From a virus (taxonomy: Duplodnaviria > Caudoviricetes): a stretch of 64,000 bases of DNA. Made by a program: the position numbers and the translations under genes. Positions 1 through 10,233 of this stretch are shown here, one piece after another. Below the pieces are notes generated by a model. The model saw nothing but the letters and a program-made list of their open reading frames with translations. It did no database searches and had not been told where the DNA came from. The stretch's first letter is position 1. The number at the start of each line of letters is the position of its first letter. The stretch is taken from the IMG/VR virus record IMGVR_UViG_3300036770_008730; one strand, written 5' to 3'.

Positions 1-714
1 TTAATTGATGATAATATTTCTAGTAAAGGATTAGTTTACTTAAATGACTATTCTGCTAACTTTACAACCTATTCACTTGTTACCAAAGGTTATGTTGATT
101 CTGTTTCTGTTGGTGGTAGTGGGACAAATAATTATGTTCCTTACTGGACTGGTACTAGTAGCTTATCTTCAACAAGCTCAATATTTGATAATGGTAAAGT
201 AGGTATTTTAACCACAAATCCATCAGCAAGTTTACATATTGTTGGTGATGGATCAAGTCCTGTATTAAAAGTAGATGGTAATTCAGGAGAATTATTCTCT
301 ATCAATGATTCACTTGTTGGTTCTTTATTTTCTGTTAATGATATATCCGGTCTTCCTATTTTAGAAGTATTTTCTGATAATACTTTGTTGATGGGTGATT
401 TTCAATCACGTGGATTATATACAACAAAAAAGACATCTGTTATTTCTGGTAATAATCCAATTTATTACTTTGCTACTGCTTCTTATGATGGTGCATTTGT
501 TGATTATACTGCATTTGATGGTTCGAATGCTAGAGCTGGAAGTTTGAATGCAATTTGGTTAGGAAATCAAATTCAATATACAGAAACTTCTACTTTAGAT
601 ATAGGTACAACATCGGGTTTAACTTTCTCCTTTGTTTTATCTGGAACATATGCTGTTCTTAGTGTAGATGCTACTTCAAATTGGACAGTTAAGTCTATAA
701 TTAGAAGTATATAA
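1..714 (+). CDS. Virion structural/tail-fibre-associated protein, 5'-truncated by the window (reading frame open from base 1)
   Basis: Frame 1 reads without stops from base 1 (LIDDNISSKGLVY...) into the listed 385..714 ORF; Gly/Ser/Thr-rich beta-type sequence with VGILTTNPSASLHIVG and LFSVNDISGLPILEVFSD motifs typical of phage fibre proteins. Confidence 0.6.
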   Translation, partial: LIDDNISSKGLVYLNDYSANFTTYSLVTKGYVDSVSVGGSGTNNYVPYWTGTSSLSSTSSIFDNGKVGILTTNPSASLHIVGDGSSPVLKVDGNSGELFSINDSLVGSLFSVNDISGLPILEVFSDNTLLMGDFQSRGLYTTKKTSVISGNNPIYYFATASYDGAFVDYTAFDGSNARAGSLNAIWLGNQIQYTETSTLDIGTTSGLTFSFVLSGTYAVLSVDATSNWTVKSIIRSI

Positions 715-788
715 TTTTTCAGACTATTTTATTTTAATATATAAGGTAACTTTTATTTTGGAGAGTGAAAAAATAAAATTATTTTATA

Positions 789-3700
789 ATGGCAAATGAA
801 TTTGTGACCAGAAAAGGTCTTATTTCTTTAGGTGGGATATCTTTTCCTTACACCCAAAAAACATCAGATTATATTGTAACCTCTGAGGACTACTATGTAG
901 ATTGTTCCGGAACTTTCTCCGTTACTCTACCAATATCTGACTCGACTAATGTTGGTCGACTTTATGTTATAAAAAATAGTGGTTCTAATCAGGTAACCGT
1001 TTTTGCGACCGCCTCGCAATTAATTGATGGTAGTGCTACAAAATCACTTATTCAATATGAAAGTCTTCAAATACAGAGTACTGGTAATAATTGGGTTGCA
1101 TTGTCAGCTGTGGCCGGTACAAGTGGAACTTCTGGATCTTCCGGTACAAGTGGAACTTCTGGATCTTCCGGTACAAGTGGAACTTCTGGATCTTCCGGTA
1201 CAAGTGGAACTTCCGGTACAAGTGGAACTTCTGGTTCATCTGGTACAAGTGGAACTTCTGGTTCATCTGGCACTAGTGGTGTTGATGGAACTTCTGGAAC
1301 CGGGTTTACTACAATTTCCAATACCGCTGATAATAGAGTATTAACTTCCGATGGTGCTACTAACTCAGCAAACGCTGAGTCTAATTTGACCTTTGATGGT
1401 AATTTACTCTCAGTTAGTGGTAAATTATCGGTTGGTCTGAATACAGTTGCTTCTGGTACATATTCTTTCGCATCTGGAAGATTCTCGGAATCAGCTGGTG
1501 ATGCTTCATCAGCATTTGGTAATTCTACTTTTGCTTACGGAACCAACTCTACTACATTCGGAGAAGAAACATTGGCGTATGGTCAATCACAAATGGTTGT
1601 AGGTAAATTCAACTCTGACTTAAACTATGATGATTTATTTGTCATAGGTAATGGATTAGATAACTCAAATAGAGCAGATTTAGCAAAATTTGGAACTAAT
1701 TCAATAACTTTCAACTCAAATCTAAGTCTATACTCTTTAGACTTTTCAACTCAATCAACAACATCTCAGGAGAGAAGACTTTATTGGGATGATAAAAATA
1801 AAACTTTAGCTTTAGGATTGGCTGGTGGTAATGTTAATTTACAAATAGGTCAGGAAGAGTTTTATTTAGCTTCAAATTATACAGGAGCAACACTATCTAA
1901 TGGAAAAGTAGTAGGTGCTGTTGGAGTTTCAGCTTCCGGTGATACAATTAATGCTGGTTATTACTTGGCAGATGGATCTACACCTGGTGAATTCGTAATG
2001 GGTATAGTTACCGAGGATATCGCTAATGGTGATAAAGGATACGTAACGGAATTTGGATTGGTAAGAGGAATAGATACCACAGGTAGTGAGTATAGTGAGT
2101 CCTGGCTAGAAGGAGATCTTCTTTACGCATCTCCTACAAATCCTGGAGGGTTGACTAAAGTAAAACCAACAGCTCCTAATTTGTCAATTTTGACAGCTAT
2201 TGTAATATCTGCAACATCTTCAGGTTCTATCTTTGTTAGGCCAACTTTCAATGGTCGATTAGATGATTTGGACAATGTTGAATTCTACGGTGTTACTCCA
2301 TCACAAGACGATATATTGCAGTATTCTGCAACATCCTCACTTTGGACAAGAAGAGAGTATAGTTATGGTGCATACGCTGCCGGTGTTATCAGTGGTGCTA
2401 CAGCTTGGTCACAATCAGGTAATGGTACAATAACACTACCAACTGTCACGGTTGCTCTTTATGATAATGAAAACTTCACACCACCTCTTAGGATTTATAC
2501 TTTAAGTGGAACAGTATCTGGTACTGGTACGACACCAGCTCTAGTTGATAATGATACTAATTACATTTCAATAGAGTATAACAATGGTTCACCTATATGG
2601 AATATAGACCAGACAGGCACAACTATAAATAACTCAAGTGTCATTAGATACATGATAGTTTATAGATTAGGAAACTTCATACACAATCTCGAGTTTGGAA
2701 ATCAAGGTTCAGGATTGGTTGAAAAGTTAAACGCTAGAATAATACAAACAGAGAGATTTGCTAGAGAGAGTGGTCTAACAATTGGATTAAGTGGATCTAC
2801 TGGTATTTTGACAATATCAGAAGGTGTCGCATGGAACGGACCATACAGACAAAGTTTAGCTAGTGTAAATTCAGCAGATGACTTTATATTTAAAAACTAT
2901 CATGTTTCTGGAAATTGGACATACTCTGTATCAACCCCATTCACATACTCAACAACATTAGACCTAATAAATAATGAATTTTATGATGATGGTACAGATT
3001 TAGTTTCAGCATCAGCTTCAAAGTATTTAGTAAACTGGTATTATAGAGGTCAAGAAATTAATGATCACATATATGAGGTCTTTGGAAATGACCAATATGA
3101 TACATTTGCTGAAGCTGAATTATCAGGAGAACCTTCGATACCTGAGTTAGTTCAATCACACGCAATTTTAGTTGGTAGAGTAATAGTTCAAGTTGGTACC
3201 TATTCAGGAGCGGCTCAGTCAGCATTTGTTTCGGTATTCCAATCCTCATCAGTAACATCACATAATGATCTATCTGGTTTACAAGGTGGAATAACCAATG
3301 AGTATTATCATCTTTCTCAAGCTGAATATAATAATAATGCATATAAAAACGTTGATAACCAATTTACGACAAATCAAACAGTAAATGGATATTTACTTAA
3401 TACAAATACTTGGACTGAAAGTAATATTCTTATTGCTGGAACCAATTCGGTAATAGGCTCTGGGGTAACAATAACAGATAGTCTAACATCATCTAATAAT
3501 TTGTGGACCTCTCAGAAGGTTTATGATTATTCTAATAGAGATACAATAGAAGGAAATAAAACCTTCTCAGGTGATATTTTAATTCAAGGAACTCTTTCAG
3601 TGTTAGATTCATTCACAGCTGGTACTCAATTTACAGTAAATACAAATTCAGTATTTAATGGTAATATACTACCTTCAATTGATGCTACTTATGACTTGGG

Positions 3701-6700
3701 TAGTCCTACATTCCAATGGGATAAACTATATGTTGCTTCACAATCACTATATGTTGGTGGCGTGACCATCTCATCTGACAACGATGCTATCAATATTCAA
3801 AGATTAAACTTAGGAACCGAAGCTAATCCTGTTATACTTTCTGCTTCTGGAAGTGAAATTTACATCAATAATTCCATATTCTCATCAGGAGATAGTAAAA
3901 CAATAATAGTGGCCAAAGATGGAGCTGATTTTACTTCAATTAAAACAGCTGTTGAGAGCATTACTGATGCGACGGCTTCAAATGTTTATACTGTTGAGGT
4001 TAGAGGTGGTGTTTATTATGAAGAACCATTCACTATACCATCCTATGTTGCGGTAGTTGGTGAGAGTTCAATTTCAACAATAATTGAAGCTACTTTCTCT
4101 AACCAAACACTAATAACACTTTCTGATCAGTCCGCTATATTTGATGCTCAAATTCAAGGATGTACAGGATCAGGAGTCGCTGCTATTGTTTATCAATCAT
4201 CTACTTCACCACAAGCTCAGGCAATTGCATACGTTGAGAATGTAAGATTTGGATCTAATTACACACATGTTAAAGTAATAGCTGATGGGGCAAACATTAT
4301 AGTTCAGTGTTCTAATGTAAAATATGGTGGATATCCATTTACAGAAGGATTTGTTGCTACAAACACAGGTTCTGGACAAGGTAGAATGCAGTTAAGAAAT
4401 GTGACATCCACTAATGGTGGAATAACAACAACAACAAATTTAGTTTTTGCTAGAGCTATTGCTAGTGGTTGTGGATTTATTGTACAAGGGTGTTTATTGA
4501 CAAAGGCTGTTGGTGCAGCAGCAGGAACCGGATTCTTAATAGAAAATGGTGGATTCCTAAGATTAACATCGGTTAATTTCCAAAGATGGTCTAAGGGTAT
4601 ATATGCACCAGCTGATGGTGGATCACCTAATATAGATGCTGTTGGATTGAACTTTGAGAATAATACAATAGATGTTCAAATTGATAATCCAAATGCAATT
4701 GGTAAAATACAAGGAACGGATAATTATTCTAAGACAATAATTAGTCCAACTGCATCACTTTATGTTGTATCAAAGGATGCTAGAAGAATACAGGTTGCTA
4801 AAAAAGGTGGAGATTTCTCAAGCATAAGAGATGCCGTTTTATCTATAACTGACTCTTCAGAGTCGAATAGGTACACTGTGGAAGTTGGACCTGGAGTATT
4901 TTATGAAGGTCTAATCGATCTTTCAACAAGACCATATGTCAGTATAGTTGGTTCAAACATACAAACTACACAAGTTTATGCATCGGCCTCTAATCAAAAC
5001 CTATTCAAAATGGGTATCGCAAATGAAATATCATTCTTATCAATTAATGATGTTGGTACTTTAGGAAGTGGATTTGCAGGAATAATAGCAGATGATAGTG
5101 GAGACTTCTCACAAGCTCATAAATTATCTTTCTACAATTGTGATATTGGTATAAAAGTATTATCAAGTACTCAAGAGACTATTTTCTATGGAGAGTATGT
5201 AGATTTCAATGGTACATTTTCACAGGCGGTTTGTGTTGATGCACAAGGAAGTTCATTTTCAGCATTTGCTAATATAGAAAACTTCTATACATTCCCAGGG
5301 TTAACTGGTAGTTTCGCAGGTTGCGTATATGACACAAATGCATCACTAAATGTAGCGGTTGCTACACTTGAGGGATTTGGAGATGATGTTGCTTTCTATG
5401 TTGAGAATGGTGGAAAACTTGATGTGAACGCAACTGATATTAATGGATATCAGACAGGACTTTGGATTCCAAATATTGGAACAGCAAGTAATTTCAACTT
5501 TAATGGTGTTGTAATTAATCAGGATGTAACAATACCAATAAAGATTGAACAACCAAATACGATTGGATTCTTTCAAGGTTCACTTTACAATCATCAATTA
5601 ATTGAAAATAATTCCCAGGACATCTACTGGAGTTTCTTGGATCAATTTGATGGTGAATTAAATATAACTAGAAAGGCGTCAGTTACATTTGCTGATGGAA
5701 CTACAACTGATTTGACAACATTAGTTTTCGAGACTGCTCCGATGGGTGTTATCAGTGGTGGTATTATTTCTACTTTTTCTGGATTAACTGTAAGTATTAG
5801 TGCTGGATACGGATATCTTGAAGTTTCATCCGGTGAAGTGCATAAAAGGATAGATTGGTCAATATCTACATTACAACTGCCGGACAATTCTTCTGAATAC
5901 ATATTTATCAATGAAAATGAAATTTTAACCAGTCAATCTGGGTTACCAAATATAGAAAATAATATACTTTTAGGAAGAGTAGTTACTTTTGGAGGAGATG
6001 TTTTATTTATCGATAATACAAGAGTTGACACCAAACATGCTGATAATAAGCTTAATCTATTTAATAGAAATGCAATTGGTGCAATTTATGAATCTGGATC
6101 TATTGTAAGTATAGGTAGTGGTTCTTATTCAATTGATGTTACCGCTGGTTCATACTGGTTTGGTGATTCTAATTTCACGCCTACTGGTGGTTCTACTGTT
6201 TCTTTCACTCAATTTTATAGAGATGGCTCAGGTGAATGGATTATTGGGTCTACCAACTCTATCACCTCTCAATATGATAGTGGAACAGGTGCTTTAATTA
6301 CAATGTCAGCTTCCTATTTTACTAAACATACATTGTATGTTGTTGGTGAGAGTGTAGACGAGAAATATCTACTTGTTGTTGGTCAGGTGCAGTATGAAAA
6401 TTTAGTAGATGCTGAGGCCGCTTCACTTGCAACACCACCTACATATTTTGAAGATGGAGTTTCTCCAATAGCCGCTATTTATGTTCAAGAAGGCGGAAAT
6501 TCAATACTACAAATAGAAGATATTAGGCCAGTATTAGGTTTCAAATCTTCTGGTGTGAATGCTACTTCTGATCATGGAAATCTGATAGGTCTATCTGATG
6601 ATGATCATCAACAATACCTTTTGATATCTGGTTCTAGAGCAATGACTGGAAATTTACAGATGGGTTCTAACTCAATAACTGGAGTTTTACAAGTTAATGG

Positions 6701-7511
6701 AGTTACAGTAGAATCACACGCCTCAAGACATTTACCTAATGGTGATGATCCAATTGCAACTGGAGCTCCGTCTACTATAGGTACTGCTAATTCAGAAGGA
6801 ACGGCGAATGCTTTTGCTAGACAAGATCACATTCACGCACATGGTAATCAATCAGGTGGTAGTTTACACGCTACCGCATCAACTTCAACTGCAGGATTTA
6901 TGTCTGCTGAAGATAAAACAACATTTGACGCAATTCCAACCACATACTTAAAACTCACAGGTGGTCAAATCTCAGGATATTTTGGAGTTACTGGATCTTT
7001 GGCATTTACATTTAGTAATGGATTACTAACTGATAGCTCAGTAAATGGATTCGGACTTAGATACACAACCGATTATAAAAATACATTTACATCTAGTTCA
7101 TTAGTATCTAAATCCTACGTTGATGAATTGATTACAGGTTCTGTTAGTAGACTATTAGGTGAAACTACGACTTTATCAAATAGAAGACAATTATTGGAAA
7201 TTACTACTACTGGTTCCACAACAACAATAGCTACGATATCAGTGCCTCAGAATACTACTTCTATCTACGAAGTATATGTTTCAGCAACTAGCTCTACTAC
7301 AGTTTGGGGAGCTTGGAAAAGAGAAATAGTAGTTACTAATCACACAGGAACTGCAAATATCGAGTTTGTAAATTCTCAACTAGATAAACAATCTGGATTA
7401 ATTCCTGCCAATCTATCATTTACATCTTCAACAAGTAACTTATTGATTAGAGTAACTGGTACATCAGGAACCAATGTCTATTGGACATCAAAACATGAAA
7501 GAATAATATAA
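789..7511 (+). CDS. Giant tail fibre/adhesin-like virion protein (2240 aa) with GTSGSS repeats, YadA-like head repeats and two beta-helix-like modules
   Basis: Long ORF behind an AATATATA motif; repeats ASGTYSFASG..AFG..TFAYG; two copies of VAKxGxDFxSIxxAVxSITD. Confidence 0.65.
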   Translation: MANEFVTRKGLISLGGISFPYTQKTSDYIVTSEDYYVDCSGTFSVTLPISDSTNVGRLYVIKNSGSNQVTVFATASQLIDGSATKSLIQYESLQIQSTGNNWVALSAVAGTSGTSGSSGTSGTSGSSGTSGTSGSSGTSGTSGTSGTSGSSGTSGTSGSSGTSGVDGTSGTGFTTISNTADNRVLTSDGATNSANAESNLTFDGNLLSVSGKLSVGLNTVASGTYSFASGRFSESAGDASSAFGNSTFAYGTNSTTFGEETLAYGQSQMVVGKFNSDLNYDDLFVIGNGLDNSNRADLAKFGTNSITFNSNLSLYSLDFSTQSTTSQERRLYWDDKNKTLALGLAGGNVNLQIGQEEFYLASNYTGATLSNGKVVGAVGVSASGDTINAGYYLADGSTPGEFVMGIVTEDIANGDKGYVTEFGLVRGIDTTGSEYSESWLEGDLLYASPTNPGGLTKVKPTAPNLSILTAIVISATSSGSIFVRPTFNGRLDDLDNVEFYGVTPSQDDILQYSATSSLWTRREYSYGAYAAGVISGATAWSQSGNGTITLPTVTVALYDNENFTPPLRIYTLSGTVSGTGTTPALVDNDTNYISIEYNNGSPIWNIDQTGTTINNSSVIRYMIVYRLGNFIHNLEFGNQGSGLVEKLNARIIQTERFARESGLTIGLSGSTGILTISEGVAWNGPYRQSLASVNSADDFIFKNYHVSGNWTYSVSTPFTYSTTLDLINNEFYDDGTDLVSASASKYLVNWYYRGQEINDHIYEVFGNDQYDTFAEAELSGEPSIPELVQSHAILVGRVIVQVGTYSGAAQSAFVSVFQSSSVTSHNDLSGLQGGITNEYYHLSQAEYNNNAYKNVDNQFTTNQTVNGYLLNTNTWTESNILIAGTNSVIGSGVTITDSLTSSNNLWTSQKVYDYSNRDTIEGNKTFSGDILIQGTLSVLDSFTAGTQFTVNTNSVFNGNILPSIDATYDLGSPTFQWDKLYVASQSLYVGGVTISSDNDAINIQRLNLGTEANPVILSASGSEIYINNSIFSSGDSKTIIVAKDGADFTSIKTAVESITDATASNVYTVEVRGGVYYEEPFTIPSYVAVVGESSISTIIEATFSNQTLITLSDQSAIFDAQIQGCTGSGVAAIVYQSSTSPQAQAIAYVENVRFGSNYTHVKVIADGANIIVQCSNVKYGGYPFTEGFVATNTGSGQGRMQLRNVTSTNGGITTTTNLVFARAIASGCGFIVQGCLLTKAVGAAAGTGFLIENGGFLRLTSVNFQRWSKGIYAPADGGSPNIDAVGLNFENNTIDVQIDNPNAIGKIQGTDNYSKTIISPTASLYVVSKDARRIQVAKKGGDFSSIRDAVLSITDSSESNRYTVEVGPGVFYEGLIDLSTRPYVSIVGSNIQTTQVYASASNQNLFKMGIANEISFLSINDVGTLGSGFAGIIADDSGDFSQAHKLSFYNCDIGIKVLSSTQETIFYGEYVDFNGTFSQAVCVDAQGSSFSAFANIENFYTFPGLTGSFAGCVYDTNASLNVAVATLEGFGDDVAFYVENGGKLDVNATDINGYQTGLWIPNIGTASNFNFNGVVINQDVTIPIKIEQPNTIGFFQGSLYNHQLIENNSQDIYWSFLDQFDGELNITRKASVTFADGTTTDLTTLVFETAPMGVISGGIISTFSGLTVSISAGYGYLEVSSGEVHKRIDWSISTLQLPDNSSEYIFINENEILTSQSGLPNIENNILLGRVVTFGGDVLFIDNTRVDTKHADNKLNLFNRNAIGAIYESGSIVSIGSGSYSIDVTAGSYWFGDSNFTPTGGSTVSFTQFYRDGSGEWIIGSTNSITSQYDSGTGALITMSASYFTKHTLYVVGESVDEKYLLVVGQVQYENLVDAEAASLATPPTYFEDGVSPIAAIYVQEGGNSILQIEDIRPVLGFKSSGVNATSDHGNLIGLSDDDHQQYLLISGSRAMTGNLQMGSNSITGVLQVNGVTVESHASRHLPNGDDPIATGAPSTIGTANSEGTANAFARQDHIHAHGNQSGGSLHATASTSTAGFMSAEDKTTFDAIPTTYLKLTGGQISGYFGVTGSLAFTFSNGLLTDSSVNGFGLRYTTDYKNTFTSSSLVSKSYVDELITGSVSRLLGETTTLSNRRQLLEITTTGSTTTIATISVPQNTTSIYEVYVSATSSTTVWGAWKREIVVTNHTGTANIEFVNSQLDKQSGLIPANLSFTSSTSNLLIRVTGTSGTNVYWTSKHERII
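1116..1280 (+). repeat. Tandem 27-bp/18-bp coding repeat (GGTACAAGTGGAACTTCTGGATCTTCC) encoding GTSGTSGSS
   Basis: Three exact 27-bp copies at 1116-1196, one 18-bp unit, then two variant 27-bp copies. Confidence 0.95.
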
Positions 7512-7512
7512 T

Positions 7513-8118
7513 ATGGCAACATCTAATCTGATAACTAAAAGTATTGGTAGTTCTGAACTACAAAGTGGACTAGGAACTCCAGACCATGTTTCACCTATAG
7601 GGTCTCTTTATGTTGACACCTCAACAGGAGCATTATATCAAAGTAAAAGTGGAACTGCTTCTCAATGGGAAGCATTTCAAACAGCAGGTTATGCAGAAGC
7701 GACTTATGTTGGAAATACCACCGCTACAACTATAGCATCAGCAAATACCTGGGTAATTGTTGGAAATACCTTTACACAAGGAACATCTCTTGGTTTTTCA
7801 GTTTCTACAAATTCGCTCGTGGTTGGTCCTGGTTTCAATGGATTTTATAGAGTAGAGGGAAATATGACTATCGTTTATCAAGCAGGAACAACAGTGGACA
7901 TAGAAGGTGGTGTTTCGATAAATGATGCAAATCCATCCGGTGGCGAATACAATGGTGCGACTGTAACTGCTACTACTTTGACTACACAGAATATAACTAG
8001 TAGCTTTGAAGCTTTCTTAAATGCTGGAGATACATTAAAATTAGCGGTAAGAAACTTAACATCAGCTAGTAATATATTAATAAGACATGGTCAAATACAT
8101 GTTTATAGAATCGGATAA
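7513..8118 (+). CDS. Virion structural protein (fibre-associated, hypothetical)
   Basis: 201-aa ORF coupled to the fibre gene; Thr/Gly/Ser-rich, beta-sandwich-like C-terminus. Confidence 0.5.
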   Translation: MATSNLITKSIGSSELQSGLGTPDHVSPIGSLYVDTSTGALYQSKSGTASQWEAFQTAGYAEATYVGNTTATTIASANTWVIVGNTFTQGTSLGFSVSTNSLVVGPGFNGFYRVEGNMTIVYQAGTTVDIEGGVSINDANPSGGEYNGATVTATTLTTQNITSSFEAFLNAGDTLKLAVRNLTSASNILIRHGQIHVYRIG

Positions 8119-8123
8119 ATAAT

Positions 8124-9401
8124 ATGGCAATACTAAATGAAATATCAGTAGGCAGTGTAGTTTATTACTTAGTGGACTCTCAGCCAAATTTTACAGCATC
8201 AACCGGTAGTGTAGCGATATCATTAGAACCTATATATCCCACTATGAATACACCACTAACAAAGTATTATATTTATAGATATGGTAGTTGGTCAAAATGT
8301 CTTAAAGGTGCTGCTTATGGTGAGAGCTACTTAGAGAATTTTACAACACTAAGAGACGCCGGAATAAATACATTCGCGGAAGTAATTTCACTAAACGCTG
8401 GAGTTTTAGATGGATTCACATTCTCCGCAACAGATAGATTAAGATATACCGGAAATAAGATGATAAGAGGGTTTACTTCTATGTCCATGACTATTAGAAG
8501 TGGAAGTGCACAATGGATGGATTTTGAAGCAGGAGTTTCAGGTAATATAATAGCGCCTACAGTATATCAAGGTGGAACTGGTCAAGATAACGCTGGGACA
8601 GTTCAAATAGACTCTCGAAAAATGTTCGATATATCATCAGGAACTGGATCGCCCGCAATCATAGGGGGTACCTATCCGAACAGATTTACTGTCGGACTTA
8701 GATACATCGCTAGAGAGGGTGGTGGTGGTCCTGCAGTTAGAGAACACATACCTAGACATCTTGCACTTACAGTGAACAAGATAGACGAGACAGATTTATT
8801 ATTTTTAGAAGATTGGAGCAGCGGTACTTCATCTACAAATGGATGGACTATTACAAACGATACAACTAACCAATGGTTTATTGGTAGTGCAGAAAATTTC
8901 GGAAGTGGAAATAATTCAATTTACATATCTAATAATAATGGAGTATCAGCTGGTTATACAATAACTACCACCCAAGTTTCTCATTTCTGGAGAGACTTTA
9001 CCTTTCCTAATACATCTGGTGATATATTTCTATCATTTGAGTGGAAATGTAATGGAGAAAATCAGGCGGGTAGTACAACAAACTATGACTATGGTCAAGT
9101 TTATGTGACTACCACCGCAACTACACCAGTGGCGGGTACTGAATTGACACCAACAACGCTAGCAACTACACTAAGTGGTGGTCCAACTGGAAACGGAAGG
9201 ATCGGAGCCAATACAACCACCAGCTTGGGAAAATTTAATTCTGGATATGGCGCAGCCGATAATATATGGAGGACAGAAGTAATAAAAATGAACAACTACA
9301 AGAATCAAACAAAAAGGTTAGTATTTACTTGGGTTAATGATACATCGATAGGAAACAATCCGCCATTTGTTGTTGATAACATTAGAATAGAATCATATTA
9401 A
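8124..9401 (+). CDS. Virion structural protein with a C-terminal adhesin-like beta-sandwich domain
   Basis: 425-aa ORF in the fibre operon; C-terminal WFIGSA..NNSIYISNNNG..YDYGQVY segment resembles Bacteroidota surface-protein domains. Confidence 0.5.
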   Translation: MAILNEISVGSVVYYLVDSQPNFTASTGSVAISLEPIYPTMNTPLTKYYIYRYGSWSKCLKGAAYGESYLENFTTLRDAGINTFAEVISLNAGVLDGFTFSATDRLRYTGNKMIRGFTSMSMTIRSGSAQWMDFEAGVSGNIIAPTVYQGGTGQDNAGTVQIDSRKMFDISSGTGSPAIIGGTYPNRFTVGLRYIAREGGGGPAVREHIPRHLALTVNKIDETDLLFLEDWSSGTSSTNGWTITNDTTNQWFIGSAENFGSGNNSIYISNNNGVSAGYTITTTQVSHFWRDFTFPNTSGDIFLSFEWKCNGENQAGSTTNYDYGQVYVTTTATTPVAGTELTPTTLATTLSGGPTGNGRIGANTTTSLGKFNSGYGAADNIWRTEVIKMNNYKNQTKRLVFTWVNDTSIGNNPPFVVDNIRIESY

Positions 9402-9418
9402 AAAATAATATATAGTTA

Positions 9419-10126
9419 ATGAGTTGGAAAATTGGAAAAATAAAAGTTCAAAGAACAACCTGTGTTCAACCAGGTGAGATAGTTGAACCATATATAGTTG
9501 TTACACAAGGAGACATTGATACCAATCTATATGAAGATATCACTTCAATTGAGAATTGGTTTGGTCTATCAGAATATGATTACAAATTTAAAAGGAGAAG
9601 AATTCAGGAATTAGTTCCATCTAATGATACTGATTGGTTAAATCTTACACAAAGTGAGAAATTTATTATCGCTTCGATAAAAGCCACAACTATTGAAAGA
9701 GTAAGAGATGTTTTGGGAAATGACATGAATTCCATCATGGTTAATTTTGATCAAAATTCTCAAAGATGTAGAGAATCCAGATTCAATTTTTGTAGATCTA
9801 TACTACTCAATAATGTTGAAAAATTTGACGCTTTATCAATTTTACAAATACTTGAACAGGATAATCTTTTAGATAGATACATTATTCAAGGTATAGAGGG
9901 AACAAATGATCAGGATTTGATAGAGGGTCTTTTCAACTTTATTGAATCTACTCCATTATCATCATATAATGGTCAAACACAAGATCCTTTTGGTAATAAC
10001 CTAGGAAGATATGAGAGTACTGGAATACTTGCTAGAAATATAAGCTTTTTACCAAACTCTCAGATTACAAATAAAAACGATCTTGTATCAGTTATTATGA
10101 ATTGCTTGAGAGAGGGTATCTATTAA
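9419..10126 (+). CDS. Hypothetical protein
   Basis: 235-aa ORF preceded by AATATATA at 9407. Confidence 0.6.
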   Translation: MSWKIGKIKVQRTTCVQPGEIVEPYIVVTQGDIDTNLYEDITSIENWFGLSEYDYKFKRRRIQELVPSNDTDWLNLTQSEKFIIASIKATTIERVRDVLGNDMNSIMVNFDQNSQRCRESRFNFCRSILLNNVEKFDALSILQILEQDNLLDRYIIQGIEGTNDQDLIEGLFNFIESTPLSSYNGQTQDPFGNNLGRYESTGILARNISFLPNSQITNKNDLVSVIMNCLREGIY

Positions 10127-10233
10127 TAGTTTCAGATAACTCTTCAACCTTTTCTATAATCATTTTAGATGTAATATTTTATTTTATTTCATGTCTAAAT
10201 ATAGGTTTTTCAATTTTAATATATACTTATACT

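Noticed and set aside
1024-1344. Four short alternative-frame ORFs (1024, 1048, 1067, 1091)
   Set aside because: Shadows of the 27-bp repeat inside the fibre gene
10102-10233. Hydrophobic N-terminal extension of the nucleotidyltransferase in the ORF track
   Set aside because: It spans an AT-rich intergenic region containing the promoter motif; the start at 10234/10240 is more plausible
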